A stretch of DNA of 64,000 nt, taken from Octopus vulgaris. Lineage: Eukaryota. Positions 12,330-24,920 of this stretch are shown here, one piece after another; the stretch's first letter is position 1, and each line of letters begins with the position of its first letter. Below the pieces are notes generated by a model that made no database searches, was not told the origin of the DNA, and was given only the letters and a program-made list of their open reading frames with translations. Both the position numbers and the translations under genes were made by a program. The DNA is taken from positions 24,676,001-24,740,000 of the forward strand of contig OX597822.1 of the NCBI GenBank assembly GCA_951406725.2, written 5' to 3'.

Positions 12330-12550
12330 ATTGGTTTCAAATTTTGGCAGAAGAACAGTAATTTCGAGAGATGGGGAAAGTCAATTACATCTATCCCAGT
12401 GCTCAACTGGTACTTATTTTATCGATTCTGAAAGGATGCAAAGCAAAGTCGACCTCGGTGGAATTTGAACTCGGAACATAAAGACGGACGAAATGCTGTC
12501 TTAACGGTCATTTTGCTCAGCGCACTAACGAGTCTGCCTGCTCACCGCTA
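12330..12550 (-). mobile_element. tRNA-derived SINE family B
   Basis: Family motif gaaaggatgaaaggcaaagtcgacctcggcggaatttgaactc; B box gagttcaaattcc. Confidence 0.8.
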
Positions 12551-13344
12551 TAAACATTGAAAGAATATTAAAAATAAGACTTCAATGAACAGTTAACTTG
12601 ATAGAAGCCCATTTTCTTCAAATTACACATTTAGACGAATTAAACTTAGAAACACAGTGAATTTTATTGCGTTCTTAGTGTTTAGAAAAATGAGCTGTGT
12701 AACTCTACGGTAACTTATCACAGCTAAGTGGCTTGAGCTGTTGAAATTTGATTATGAACTCTAGAATTCGAAGAAAATTATAGGATTTAACTATATTTAT
12801 AGCAACAGGGAAACTTGATTGCTGCCGGGAAAATAAATAACTAACATTTCAGGATTGGCCTTTAACAATAACTGGATATTATTCAAAACTGTTGACCCTG
12901 TACCAAAATTTCAACCCATTATTAATTTATAATGTGATAATGACATCCATAAGAGATGCTAGAGTTACAAATTATATGCAGCGGGAATACTCAGCAATCA
13001 CCCCGATACGACGAGTCGCTAGAATATTGTCCACGTGATCAACAGAATCATCCAATCGGTGGCTCATCATACAAAGGACGAACGACATTTTATCTGCTGC
13101 TACAACTGCACAAAGAGCAAAATGTCTCTCGACAGTGTGTACGAAAAAAATAAATCGTTGCTTATCAAAATTTCAGGAGACTCCAGTGCTCTTTTCCGTA
13201 TAGATAGTAAATGGAGGTAGTTTAATCTAGAGATCTACAACTCCATTTTGCAGGGGAGCACATTAGATTTTATATCAAATATTCATGAATCGGTGCGGCA
13301 GGGCTGTGTGGCTAAGGGGCTTACTTTGTAACCACAGTGCCATT

Positions 13345-13765
13345 GTTTCTTATTTTTTATTGCCCACAAGGGGCTAAACATAGAGGGGACAAACAAGGAC
13401 AGACAAAGGAATTAAGTCGATTACATCAACCCAATGTGTAACTGGTACGTAATTTATCGACCCGGAAAGGATGAAAGGCAAAGTCGACCTCGGCGGAATT
13501 TGAACTCAGAACGTAGCGACGGGCGAAATACTTATTTCTTTACTACCCGCAAGGGGCTAAATACAGAGAGGACAAACAAGGACAGACAAACGGATTAAGT
13601 CGATTATATCGACTCCAGTGCATAACTGGTCCTTAATTTATCGACCCCGAAAGGATGAAAGGCAAAGTCGACTTCGGTGGAATTTGAACTCAGAACATAG
13701 CGGCAGATGAAATACCGGTAAGCATTTCACCCGGCGTGCTAACGATTCTGCCAGCTCGCCGCCTT
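13345..13765 (-). mobile_element. SINE family B with internal tandem duplication of body and tail
   Basis: Two consecutive copies of the ...gtcgactttgcctttcatcc...gtttagccccttg(t/c)ggg unit behind one head (ggcggcgagctggcagaatcgttagc). Confidence 0.85.
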
Positions 13766-13892
13766 GTTTCGGATCCATTAATGCTTTGTGAGTGGATTAG
13801 AGAAACAGAAACTGAGTGGAAGCCCTTCGTGTGTACGATAAATACATACATAACTTTTCTTGTTTCAGTCATGCTGGGGCACCACCTTCAGT

Positions 13893-14240
13893 TGAAGCGC
13901 AATGGCCCAATGGTTAGGGCAGCGGACTCGCGGTCGGAGGATCGCGGTTTCGATTCCCAGACCAGCGTTGCGTGTATTTATTGAGCGAAAACACCTAAAG
14001 CTCCACGAAGCTCCGGCAGGGGGTGGTGGCTACCCCTGTTTTACTTTTGCTCCAACTTTCTCGCACTCTTTCTTCCTGTTTCTTGTCCCCGACTTCCTAC
14101 GCAACCGCTGAGCCTGGATGCGCATTCATCCATCCGTCAATGCTCTCGGTGTCGGGTGTTGACCTGCTTTCTCTTCTGCGGGTCTTACGAATAGCAAAGG
14201 ATCACGTTTCGGACTTCTCTCACTACAGAAGACCGCTTCG
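13893..14240 (+). mobile_element. tRNA-derived SINE family D, inserted within a family A copy
   Basis: tggcccaatggttagggcagcggactc...ggtttcgattccc; related copy with a different 3' part at 38930-39232. Confidence 0.8.
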
Positions 14241-14410
14241 CTCAACATCAACATCATCATCAACACCACCTTCAAGGATTTTAGTCGAACGAATCGATCC
14301 CAGTACTTGTCATTTTTTAAGCCTGATATTTATTATGTTAGTTTGTTTTGTCGAACCGTTAAGTTATGAGAACGTAAACACAACACCGGCTGTCAAGTGG
14401 TGGTGGAGGA

Positions 14411-14487
<77 letters not shown>

Positions 14488-14530
14488 ACACACACACACA
14501 CACACACACTAGACTTAAACTGAAAGTTCA

Positions 14531-14563
<33 letters not shown>

Positions 14564-15176
14564 AGTGTGTGGTGTGCGACGAACTTTCAGTTTAAGTCAA
14601 CCAAATTCACTGACAAGGCATTGGTCAGACCGAGTTGCAACGCAGTAGGATTGAACCCGGAACCATGAAGTTAGGAAGCAAATTTCTAACTACACAGCCA
14701 CGCCTGCTTCTATGTGTGTATACATATATTTATGTATGTGTGTGTTTGTTCCCCCACCGTTTGACTACCTGCATTGGTTTATTTACGTCCCCGTCAAATA
14801 GCAGCCTAGCAACAGAGACTCCATAAAAGTACTGGGATCGATTCTTTCGACGACAATCCTTCTCGGCGGTCTCCCAGTATGTCCGCAGTCTAACGATTGA
14901 AACAAGCAAAAGATAAAAGAAAAAGGTAAAGTAAAAACACTACAACTCTCGTCACACTTTTCTATCTGGCGGAAATCTCCGCATTCTTGTTTCTTCTGAT
15001 GAATATTTTGATTCTGTTAAATCTTGTGTTGATGGTTTAATGAATCATAGGACAGTTTCTCGTTCGATTTCACTCCTTTATTTTCCTTTTGTAATCCCCC
15101 AAATTTACTAAATGATGACTCTTTAATACTGGTTGCTTGCCGTCTAGATGGAAGTGATTTATATATATATATATAT

Positions 15177-17183
15177 AAACTTTAAATGCAAACCTAGCCT
15201 TTTCTATGGTCTGCCAAAAATTCATAAAAGTCAAATTATAAATGAAACCATTAAAAAATCACCAAAGACATACATACACACACCTAACCCGGGGGACCTA
15301 AAACTACGACCCATTGTAGCTGGCCCAACCTGTGAAACACACAGACTAAGTCTACTTATGGACATCCTCCTGAAACCCTTCCTTAAACATATCGATAGCC
15401 ATATCAGAGATGACTTAGATATGTTAAACCACCTTCCAAAAAAAATGCCAAGGAAGAAACAATCCTGGTTTCATTTGATGTAGTTAACTTATATACCAGT
15501 ATACCTCATAATTATGGACTGGAGGCAATACAGTTCTGGCTGGACCAATTTCCGGAAGAAATACCAAAAAGGATCAGTAAAGAATTCATTACTAAATCAA
15601 TTGAATTCATCCTACACAATAACCACTTCATGTTTGACAATACATTTTACCGTCAAAAATCCGGAATTGCTATGGGTACAAGGGCAGCACCAGTCATTGC
15701 GAACTTAACAATGGGATACATGGAAATAATCATTTACCAGGAACCTTTATCAATCTTGGAAACCCCCTCTCTCAATACATAAAAGAGAATTGGAAACGAT
15801 TCTTAGACGATTGTTTTATTCTCTGGAATGAAAACACAGATAAACTCCTAAAATTTAAAAACCTATTGAACAGCATAAACCCAAATATACAGTTCACAAT
15901 GGAATACAACCAAAAGGAGCTCCCGTTCTTGGATATACTAATTAAAAAAATTAACCTTAAAATAGAAACAGACATTTTTTACAAAGCCACAGACGCCAAA
16001 CAATACCTTCTTTTTAATTCATGCCACCAAGACACACTAAAACAAACATCCCCTTCAACCTTGCAAGAAGGATATGCACAATAGTGTCAGAACAAAATAC
16101 CAGGAACTTTAGATTGCAAGAACTCAAAAACACCCTAATTGACAGACATTACCCAGCTCAACTCATAGAGGATGGGATCAGACGTGCAACAGAAATCAAC
16201 ATAGAAACTTTAAGAAAAGTTCAACACAACAACACACCTTCCCCGAAAATACTACCTTACATATCTACATACAACCCCAAAGAAACAAAGAAGCCTTCAC
16301 CATCAACACCCAGAATTTACCAATACTTCATAAAGACCCCAAATTAAAGGAAATTCTAAACATACACCAAATCATTAAAAGCTACAAACAGCCTAAATCA
16401 CTTTAAAAGATTCTCACAAAGGCAAAATTGTCTTCTGAAATTACGGATGCAATAGTAAAAAAATGTGGTAGATCGAACTGTGCAACATGTCCTAACCTGC
16501 TAGAAGGATCAGAATTCCTCTTTAAAGAGGGACAGAAATTCAAGATCAAATCTAACTTTACTTGTGCCTCTGAAAACATAATTTATGTCATAAAATGCTC
16601 GGGCTGCCACCAAGACTACGTGGGTTCCACGGGACTATCACTCAGACGTAGATGCATACTGCATCGACAACAGATTGCATTCCCAGAATATAGAATGATA
16701 CCTTTTAGTGAGCACATTGAGAAATGCGCAAAGCAACTACTACCACAATTTTTAATCTTTCCATTTTACCAATGTGCTTTCGGATCATCAACACAAATTA
16801 GACTAAACAAGGAAACATTCTTCATTGAAAAGTACAAGCCCAGACTCAACCATCCGAACATACTGATACAGAGAAATTCACACCAAGGGAAAGGAAAAAA
16901 AATTTAAGCGATTATCTCCCTTACACCGGAAGAAATCACTCACTACCTTCCCTTATTTAGAACTCTCCTGAACATAAACATAACGATAACTCTATTCAAC
17001 ATAAACATAACGTCGCAAGAAATTTGAAAAGCTACACGCGAAACCGGTCTTTCTTTTAAATTATGTCATTATAAGAGGAAAAAAATTTTTTTTTAATTTT
17101 CTAATATTCTTCAGACATATTGACGCAAATATATATATTTTTTAACATTTAAGCCTTCTGTAGTTTTTTCACTCTTTACTTTT

Positions 17184-17186
<3 letters not shown>
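15177..17186 (+). mobile_element. 5'-truncated Penelope-like element (RT + Zn-finger linker + GIY-YIG endonuclease), frameshifted, inserted in (TA)n
   Basis: YGLPKIHK, RPIVAG, SFDVVNLYTSIP, GIAMG, WKRFLDDCF, LPFLDI, PFNLARR; CGRSNCATC; NIIYVIKC..YVGSTG..RRRC..H..EH..KYKPRLN; non-coding 3' pLTR. Confidence 0.92.
17017..17055 (+). ncRNA. Degenerate type-I hammerhead motif in the Penelope 3' pLTR
   Basis: aagaaa-t-TTGAAAA-GC-tacac-GC-GAAA-CCGG-TC-tttctt: stems I and II, palindromic stem III and GUC triplet present; CUGANGA box mutated. Confidence 0.55.
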
Positions 17187-17263
<77 letters not shown>

Positions 17264-17510
17264 ACACACGTACGCGAGCGCGTGTGTATATATATATATA
17301 TATCATCTAGCTGTCTGGATGTTTTGCGTTCTTGTCCCATTTTTTTGTATTCCTTTATATATATATATATATATAAGTTTAGCAACAATTTAGATTCAAA
17401 TGAATATGGCACTTAATTTAGATGCACCAGAAAATTTTTTTTATGGTGTTACCCATAAAAATATGCGGGGTGATTATAATAAAAAAATAAGCAACAAGAA
17501 TGAATCCGGT

Positions 17511-17602
17511 AATTTAGTACAATTGTTTCATACCACAACATTTTATTAAAAGCTGTAAATATTACAGCAGATTTAAGATGCTGAGTAATCTTCAGCTAAT
17601 TT
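17511..17602 (-). ncRNA. Type-I hammerhead ribozyme motif (family H1)
   Basis: aaattag-CTGAAGA-t-tac...gta-t-GAAA-CAATTG-TA-ctaaatt; homolog at 38118-38207. Confidence 0.72.
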
Positions 17603-18081
17603 TATATAGGTTTTCCAATAATATAAAATTTTTAAATCAATTAATAATATCTTAGGGAAGGTAAATATACAGATAAAGATGTAGATATGAATCTTAGGAA
17701 CATGAGGTCGTGTAGTTCAGATGCCAACTGACCAAAACCTTGTTTGCAACTAACTAATGTAAGAAAATTTCTTTAGTTATAAGGATTGGGGTAAGGGCAG
17801 GTAAAGAATTCAAGTTAGTTGAAGAAAAGAGGAGGAAAATTCAGGATATGTAAAAGAACAGATTGTCACTAGAACAAAGGGTCAATTTATCTATGTGGTA
17901 ACAAAAAAATTTAGGTCAGTGTAGAAAGATCATTAAATTCTTAGGAACATATGAGGTAGTAGGTCAGGTACTAACTGACCAAAACCCTACATGCAACTGA
18001 GAGACATCAGAATTTTTTTAGTAGGAATTTAGGTAAGGGGATGTGATAGAATACTGTAATTATATATATATATATATATAT

Positions 18082-18143
<62 letters not shown>

Positions 18144-18747
18144 TGTGAATCTTTTCTGGTTGCATCTGTGGAAATTTTAAGGTTTAGTGAAAATTTTAAA
18201 CTTGATATATCAATGTAATTTTCCACACTGAATCTCAGAGGCTAATTCATTTTTCCCAGAAAGTTGTTTTTTTCAAGAAGTTACAGAAGTTTAAAATTTG
18301 GTAATTTTTCCCGCTTAGAAAACAGAATTTGGAAGCTGTCATTTTGTGTGTGATTGCATGTGTTGTCAACAGTAAATAAGTGAAATATTGGCGCAATTCT
18401 GCATTATGCATGCCGTGTAATCCCTCATAACTAATCTAGTTTTGGGGAATTTTTAGAAACTTTTTGCGAATTTGTATTCTACACACGGGAATTTATACGA
18501 TTATGCAAAAAAACAAAAACAAAATTTTAGTGCATGATTTAAGGTCTATTTAGCTATTATTTTTAGCACGTCTCACGACCACCTCGTGTATTTTGTGTTT
18601 TAAGCAATCAATAAGCGAAAAATTACCACGTTGGTAAGCAACTTGGTAACAGATTGGCTTGTTTCTATGGAAACACCCCTGTATGCCTGTGGCTTTCGGT
18701 TGACCAAAAGTATACCAAATTTACTAACTTCATTTATAAATCATATT

Positions 18748-19310
18748 CTCTTTTAATCTTTTACTTGTTTCAGTCATTTGACTGTGGCCATGCTGGAGCA
18801 CCGCTTTTAGTCGAGCAAATCGACCTCAGGACTTATTCTTTGTAAGCCCAGTACTTATTCTATCGCTCTCCTTTGCCGAACCGCTAAGTTACAGGGACAT
18901 AAACACAGCAGAATCGGTTGTCAAGCGATGTTGGGGGGACAAGCACACACACACACACACACTCTCTCTCTCTCTCTCTCTCTCTTTTTACTCTTTTACT
19001 TGTTTCAGTTATTTGACTGTGGCTATGCTGGAGCACCGCCTTTAGTCGAGCAAGTCAACCCTAGAACTTATTCTTTGTAAGTCTAGTACTTATTCTACTG
19101 GTCTATTTTGCCGAACCGCTAAATTACAGGGACGTAAACACACCAGCATCGGTTGTCAAGCGATGTTGGTGGGACAGACACACACACACACATACATATA
19201 TACGACGGGCTTCTTTCAGCTTCCGTTTACCAAATCCACTCACAAGGCTTTGGTCGGTCCCGCAGTGGGACTAAACCCGGAACCATGTGGTTGGTAAGCA
19301 AGCTACTTAC
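18748..19310 (-). mobile_element. Two adjacent SINE family A copies (one 3' half, one near full length)
   Basis: Homology to 3590-4031. Confidence 0.85.
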
Positions 19311-20246
19311 ATATGGCGAAAATGAATACAAAACTACATCATTTGCCCGAATATGAAAGCAATTAGAACAAAACTGGAAGAAACTGAAAACTAGTAGCCT
19401 AAGAGAAAAAAATCCGAGAGATTTATTTACGTTGGAGGAGTTTATAACAAAGGTTATAAAGATGATTTTGTTTGTTCTACCTAAAAGAGGATTGTACTTG
19501 GATTTCCGGATATGATTCATACTCATGCTAGAAAACCTTTTGTTGATCATTCAAAAGCGAAAGAGAGAAGTGGACAGGGAGCGTCAATACGGTGCGTGTA
19601 TGTGTGAGTACGCGCGTGCGCGCGACTATTTCTATGTATGTATGTATCTATGGATGTATGTATGTATAAACACGTAAATATCGAACAATGAGAATGAGTG
19701 CTCAAAACCGCATTGGTGGATAAAGATTCTTTGAATAACGTATGGCTGTGTGGTAAGTAGCTTGCTTACCAACCACGTGGTTCCGGGTTCAGTCCCACTG
19801 CATGGCACCATGGTCAAGTGTCTTCTATTATAGCCTCGGGTCGACCAAAGCCTTGTGAGTGGATTTTGTAGACGGAAATTAAAAGAAGCCCGTCGTGTAT
19901 GTATTTGTATATATATATATATATATATATATTATTTATATTATTATATGATCGAACGCCACGCATCCTTTCCCTAGTAAGTTTTATCTTATATATATAT
20001 ATATGTATCTGTAAATGTAATATGTGACAATTATTCGGTAGCCTATAAGTATACACACATCCACGTAGGTGTGCGGGCGCACATGTGCAGGTATGGACAT
20101 GCGTGCTTACGCGAATACTATGTACATTTTTACCCCCTTAATTTTACTCCCTCCCCTCACTTAGCGGTCATTCAAATAGCTCTTTTGTCTTAATAACGGT
20201 CAATCACACAGTGATTGTTTAACGGTCATTTTCATAGCATTTTTTC

Positions 20247-20326
20247 CGATGGCCCGATAACTGAAGAGATGGCGGCGTGGATTTCCACCCCGACATCCGA
20301 AACTCGGAGTTTTATCGTGGCTATCG
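20247..20326 (+). ncRNA. Type-I hammerhead ribozyme motif in a PLE-type module
   Basis: cgatggcccgataa-CTGAAGA-gatg.cgg.gtgg/ccac.ccg.catc-c-GAAA-CTCgGAG-TT-ttatcgtggctatcg; inverted partial copy of the downstream sequence at about 20009-20043. Confidence 0.72.
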
Positions 20327-20411
20327 AATAATTGTCACATTACATTTACAGGTAAATTCCTCTATTTACATAATATCGAGGTCTCTTTCATTCTGATGTT
20401 GTCTTACCATT

Positions 20412-20500
<89 letters not shown>

Positions 20501-20630
20501 GTACATGTTTGTGTGTCTGTGTTTGTCCCCTCAACATCGCTTGGCAACCGATGCTAGTGTGTTTACGTCCCCGTCATCTAGCGGTTCGGCTAGAGAAAAT
20601 CGATAGAATAAGTACTAGGTTTATAAAGAA

Positions 20631-20807
20631 CTAGCAGAATTGCCCGGCGTTGCTCGGGGCTGAATTGCTTGAAAGTACTGTTAATGATTGCACTGAATTA
20701 TGATGATTATTCAGGCAAATATTGATATAAGTTTACGGTGGGAGATAAGGACTTAACGATCAAACGTGTGCCATTGCATTGTTTTGGGGGAACCAAATTT
20801 CTGATGG
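20631..20807 (-). mobile_element. Helitron 3'-end fragment inserted in a SINE A copy
   Basis: Reverse complement ends ccccgagcaacgccgggcaattctgCTAG (hairpin + CTAG); the SINE resumes at about 20808. Confidence 0.65.
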
Positions 20808-21133
20808 GGTCAAATGACTGAAACAAAAGAATAAAAGAATATACGTATCACACACACACACGCACACACACACAAACACACACACACAAACGCACACATA
20901 TACACACACGCATACATTTATATTTAGTTTGCAACATTCTTGTTGCGAATTCGTGTGTTGAAACAAATTTTGTTGTATTTTGGGAGAGTCATTGGGGAAA
21001 TAATAGTAACACTCACACATGGTGTGGTTCTCTTATTATAGCACCGATCCTAATACTTTTGGGTCATAATTCGTATATATTTAACACGAAGTATTAAAAA
21101 AAAAGCATTCCTCAAACTAGACAAAGCGAATCG

Positions 21134-21183
<50 letters not shown>

Positions 21184-21429
21184 CAGCAAACGGATAGAAT
21201 CGCTAGCACGCCAGGGACAATGATTGGCGGCATTTCGTCCGTCGCTACGTTCTGAGTTCAAATTTCGCCGAGGTGGATTTTGCCTTCCATCTTTTCGGAA
21301 TCGATAAAATAAGTACCAGTCGAGCACTGGGGGTGATGTAATCGAGTAACCCCCTTCCCGAAACTACTGGCCTTGTGCCAAAATTTGAAACCAACACACA
21401 CACACACACACACACACATAATCGGTCAG

Positions 21430-21874
21430 GAGTTCATATGTACGAAAAGAAGTACACGCTAAACCATTAGAGCACTAATACTTTGAAGGCCGTTTGTTAT
21501 GGCCGGTCAGAGAGTGACCATTTGTTTCGCACCTATAGAGTACTTTGTTGTACAGGTGGATCGTCAGACTCTTTGGCCGGAGGTACATTACCTCTCTAAC
21601 TGAATGGCGGGAGGAATGCGTCATGTTTAGTTAATTTTGTAAACAAAAAATTTCGATACGAAATTCTATTGGCAAACATTGTGACCGAGGTGGCGTTGAC
21701 CCAACGAGATCGGTTCTAGTCATGTTTGAAACGGTTCCGTGTATAGTCGAATACTTTATCCTCATCTACAAACGGGGAATTCCATGTTTCCAACTTGAAT
21801 TTCTTCTGATGGAGGCATCGACTAAACATATCTGTTTTGGAGTTTAAGAAAGCTCCCAGATCAAGCGAGTATTT
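21430..21874 (-). mobile_element. 3' end of a second Penelope-like element (ORF C-terminus + pLTR)
   Basis: Translates KYSLDLGAFLNSKTDMFSRCLHQKKFKL (LNxxxExxxxCxHxxKFxL-type PLE C-terminus), followed by a hammerhead. Confidence 0.7.
21503..21580 (-). ncRNA. Canonical type-I hammerhead ribozyme
   Basis: ccggccaaagagt-CTGACGA-tc-cacctgta/tataggtg-c-GAAA-c aaatg GTC-actctctgaccgg; all core bases and a GUC cleavage triplet. Confidence 0.8.
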
Positions 21875-22268
21875 CAGCCTTCTTCAGGTGTCTTGGGGGA
21901 AATTTCGAACCTGGGTTCTCATTTCTAAGGTATTTTTCGATGTTATTATTAACCACTACGCCATATGCCCACGGGCATATGACGTAGTGGTTGAGAGCGC
22001 GGGCTACTAACCCCAAGATTCCGAGTTCGATTCCAAGCAGTGACCAACAACAACAACAACAACAACAATAATGATAATAATAAACATCGAAAAATACCTT
22101 AGGAATGAGAAACCAGGTTCGAAATTTCCCCAAGACACCTGAAGAAGGCTGGAGGGTATATCAGCCGAAACGTTGTGTTAACAACAAACAAGATGAAGAC
22201 AAATATCCGTCAAATGTAAATGATATAAATAATGTACATAATTCTTCATCTCTTAAATATAGAACTGT
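21875..22268 (+). mobile_element. tRNA-headed, hammerhead-containing non-autonomous element with inverted 5' duplication
   Basis: A box 21980-21990, B box gagttcgattcc 22023-22034, (AAC)/(AAT) spacer, hammerhead 22134-22179; 21875-21970 is a deleted reverse-complement copy. Confidence 0.75.
22134..22179 (+). ncRNA. Minimal type-I hammerhead ribozyme (palindromic stem III)
   Basis: gacac-CTGAAGA-a-ggctg/cagcc-GAAA-CGTT-gtgtt. Confidence 0.75.
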
Positions 22269-22696
22269 ATAAAATATTTATTTATACCTAAAAATAGGGG
22301 TGGGGCGCTAAGGATATTATGTGACCATGTGGAGGCGGTGACCCCGAAATTTTGGGAGCCTCTGGTTTAGAGTGACTGTCTAGTGAATGGTCAATGCCAC
22401 GCAGAAGTATTGGTCTACGAGGCAAAAATAGAATCGCGTAACGGGGTGATGCAGATACATTAAAGCAAGCGATGGCCCCTTTAAGGCCAGGTTGAATAAT
22501 TGTAGGCCTTCCTTTAGAATCCAGGCAACGTGTAATGTCAAGTCCAGTTAATATTGTACGGTCTTCCTTCCTCTTTTAGTCGTTATATACACAGCTTTTA
22601 TGCATATAGAGACGCATGCACACATACACACACACGTACGTTTGTATGTATTTTTGCATGTATGTATGTATGTATGTATGTATGTATGTATGTATA

Positions 22697-23380
<684 letters not shown>

Positions 23381-23778
23381 CAAAAGATAAATGATGGAAG
23401 ATAAGAGATATGTCACGTAAATTTATGCTGTTGATTCGTGGTAATAAAACTCTCACTACATCGAAAGTGCCTCTCTACTTATATCTTAAGGTTGGTTAGA
23501 TACTTTGGAAATAAAATAAAATAAAATAAAATAAAATGAAACAAAAAATAAAACATATATCTCTCAGATACAGCAAAAGAGTGAAGCAAATTTCTCTGTT
23601 GTAAACATTCTGTCAAGTAGCTTGTTAGCTACAGTAATTATTTAGCGAATTAGGTGGTTATCCACTACTAAATATGGTAGTTAAGATAACATTAAATAGA
23701 TAATTGCCGGCACCAGAAACATGTAAACATTGTCGAATATATCAATTCAAGGAGTGTCTCCAAACTAATGTGAGTTTG

Positions 23779-24920
23779 AACAATAACATATCTATTCAGT
23801 CTTAACACGTTCTTGCAAATTCCAACGTGCATATCTGATCGCTATTGTTTGTTTATCATCGGAGAACACCTCCTCTCTCATGCTGTCGGGATGGCTTTGA
23901 CTGAGGAGACACATAACAAGGTCGAAATCGATGAACCAGCGAACCGCGTGTGTTATAAACACACATCATCTAAAGCAGGTATTGGCATCCTCTGTCGAAA
24001 AGTAGGCCGTATGAGATATGGTTCATCATCAGGTGGGCTGCACTACTGAGAGATATGAAGGTAATTTTTCGTTAGATCCGCGGAACATAGTTTGCCTATG
24101 ATTAGTTTAAAGAGAGAAGACTTTCTCCAGTGGTGAACAAATCACAGGAATTACAACCGTGTTTCGTGGTCTGCTACCACAACAGCTCCTTTATAGGATC
24201 CAATTAGCTCAAGACATCATCAGGAGGAACCACGTCCGGTTTCGGCCTCTACTACTCTACCTTTCGGAGGTGTCTTCAGCTCTGGTGTTGGGTGCATGTC
24301 TTTCTTCTTCTTTCTTCTGTTCCCTGGCCTCTTCGATTTATCGTCAGCGAGTGTCAGCCGCTGACTGACTGACTTTTCCCTTTAAATACCTGCCGCACAG
24401 ACTCCAGGAGGCAGCCCCAGCAAGTTGTCATGTGACACTGTCTCACTATAACTGACTAGTGAAGGCGCGTAGTTTTAGCCCGCGCATTCTCTAACCGACC
24501 GTCACCTGTTATTCACGCTAGAATCTGCCAGAACTTATTAAGATTGAATAAATACGCTATGGTTTAGATTCTCACTGTTCTACGTGTGCCCCTGAATTAT
24601 TATCCGTTTGGCAGACATCAGAATGCATCAGTAAATAATTTGTTGGCTGATTCCTAGAAATAAGAGCTTGTGCACTTGTTTACTCATCAGTTCGGTGGGG
24701 TAGCTTTGACTGATGAGACACACAACAAAGTTGAAACATCACAATGAGTCAAAGACCCTTTACATTGGTGAACCTGTGGATTGCATGTATTATGAATGCA
24801 CATCGCTTAAAAGGTAGAAGTGTTCTCTTATGACAAACAAACAAAAGCGGTCAGCAATCAACATATCCACGATTGAAAGAGTCAGAAGGTTATTAAGAAT
24901 GAATAGATGCATTATTGTTG
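23779..24920. mobile_element. Composite PLE-like module with diverged inverted arms and several hammerhead cores
   Basis: 23779-23872 is approximately the reverse complement of 24811-24920; CTGAGGA-gac/gtc-GAAA at about 23901-23927; CTGATGA-gac/gtt-GAAA at about 24710-24736; minus-strand cores at 24147-24290. Confidence 0.55.

Noticed and set aside
12956-13220. Unique-looking short ORFs
   Set aside because: No recognisable motif or consistent splice sites
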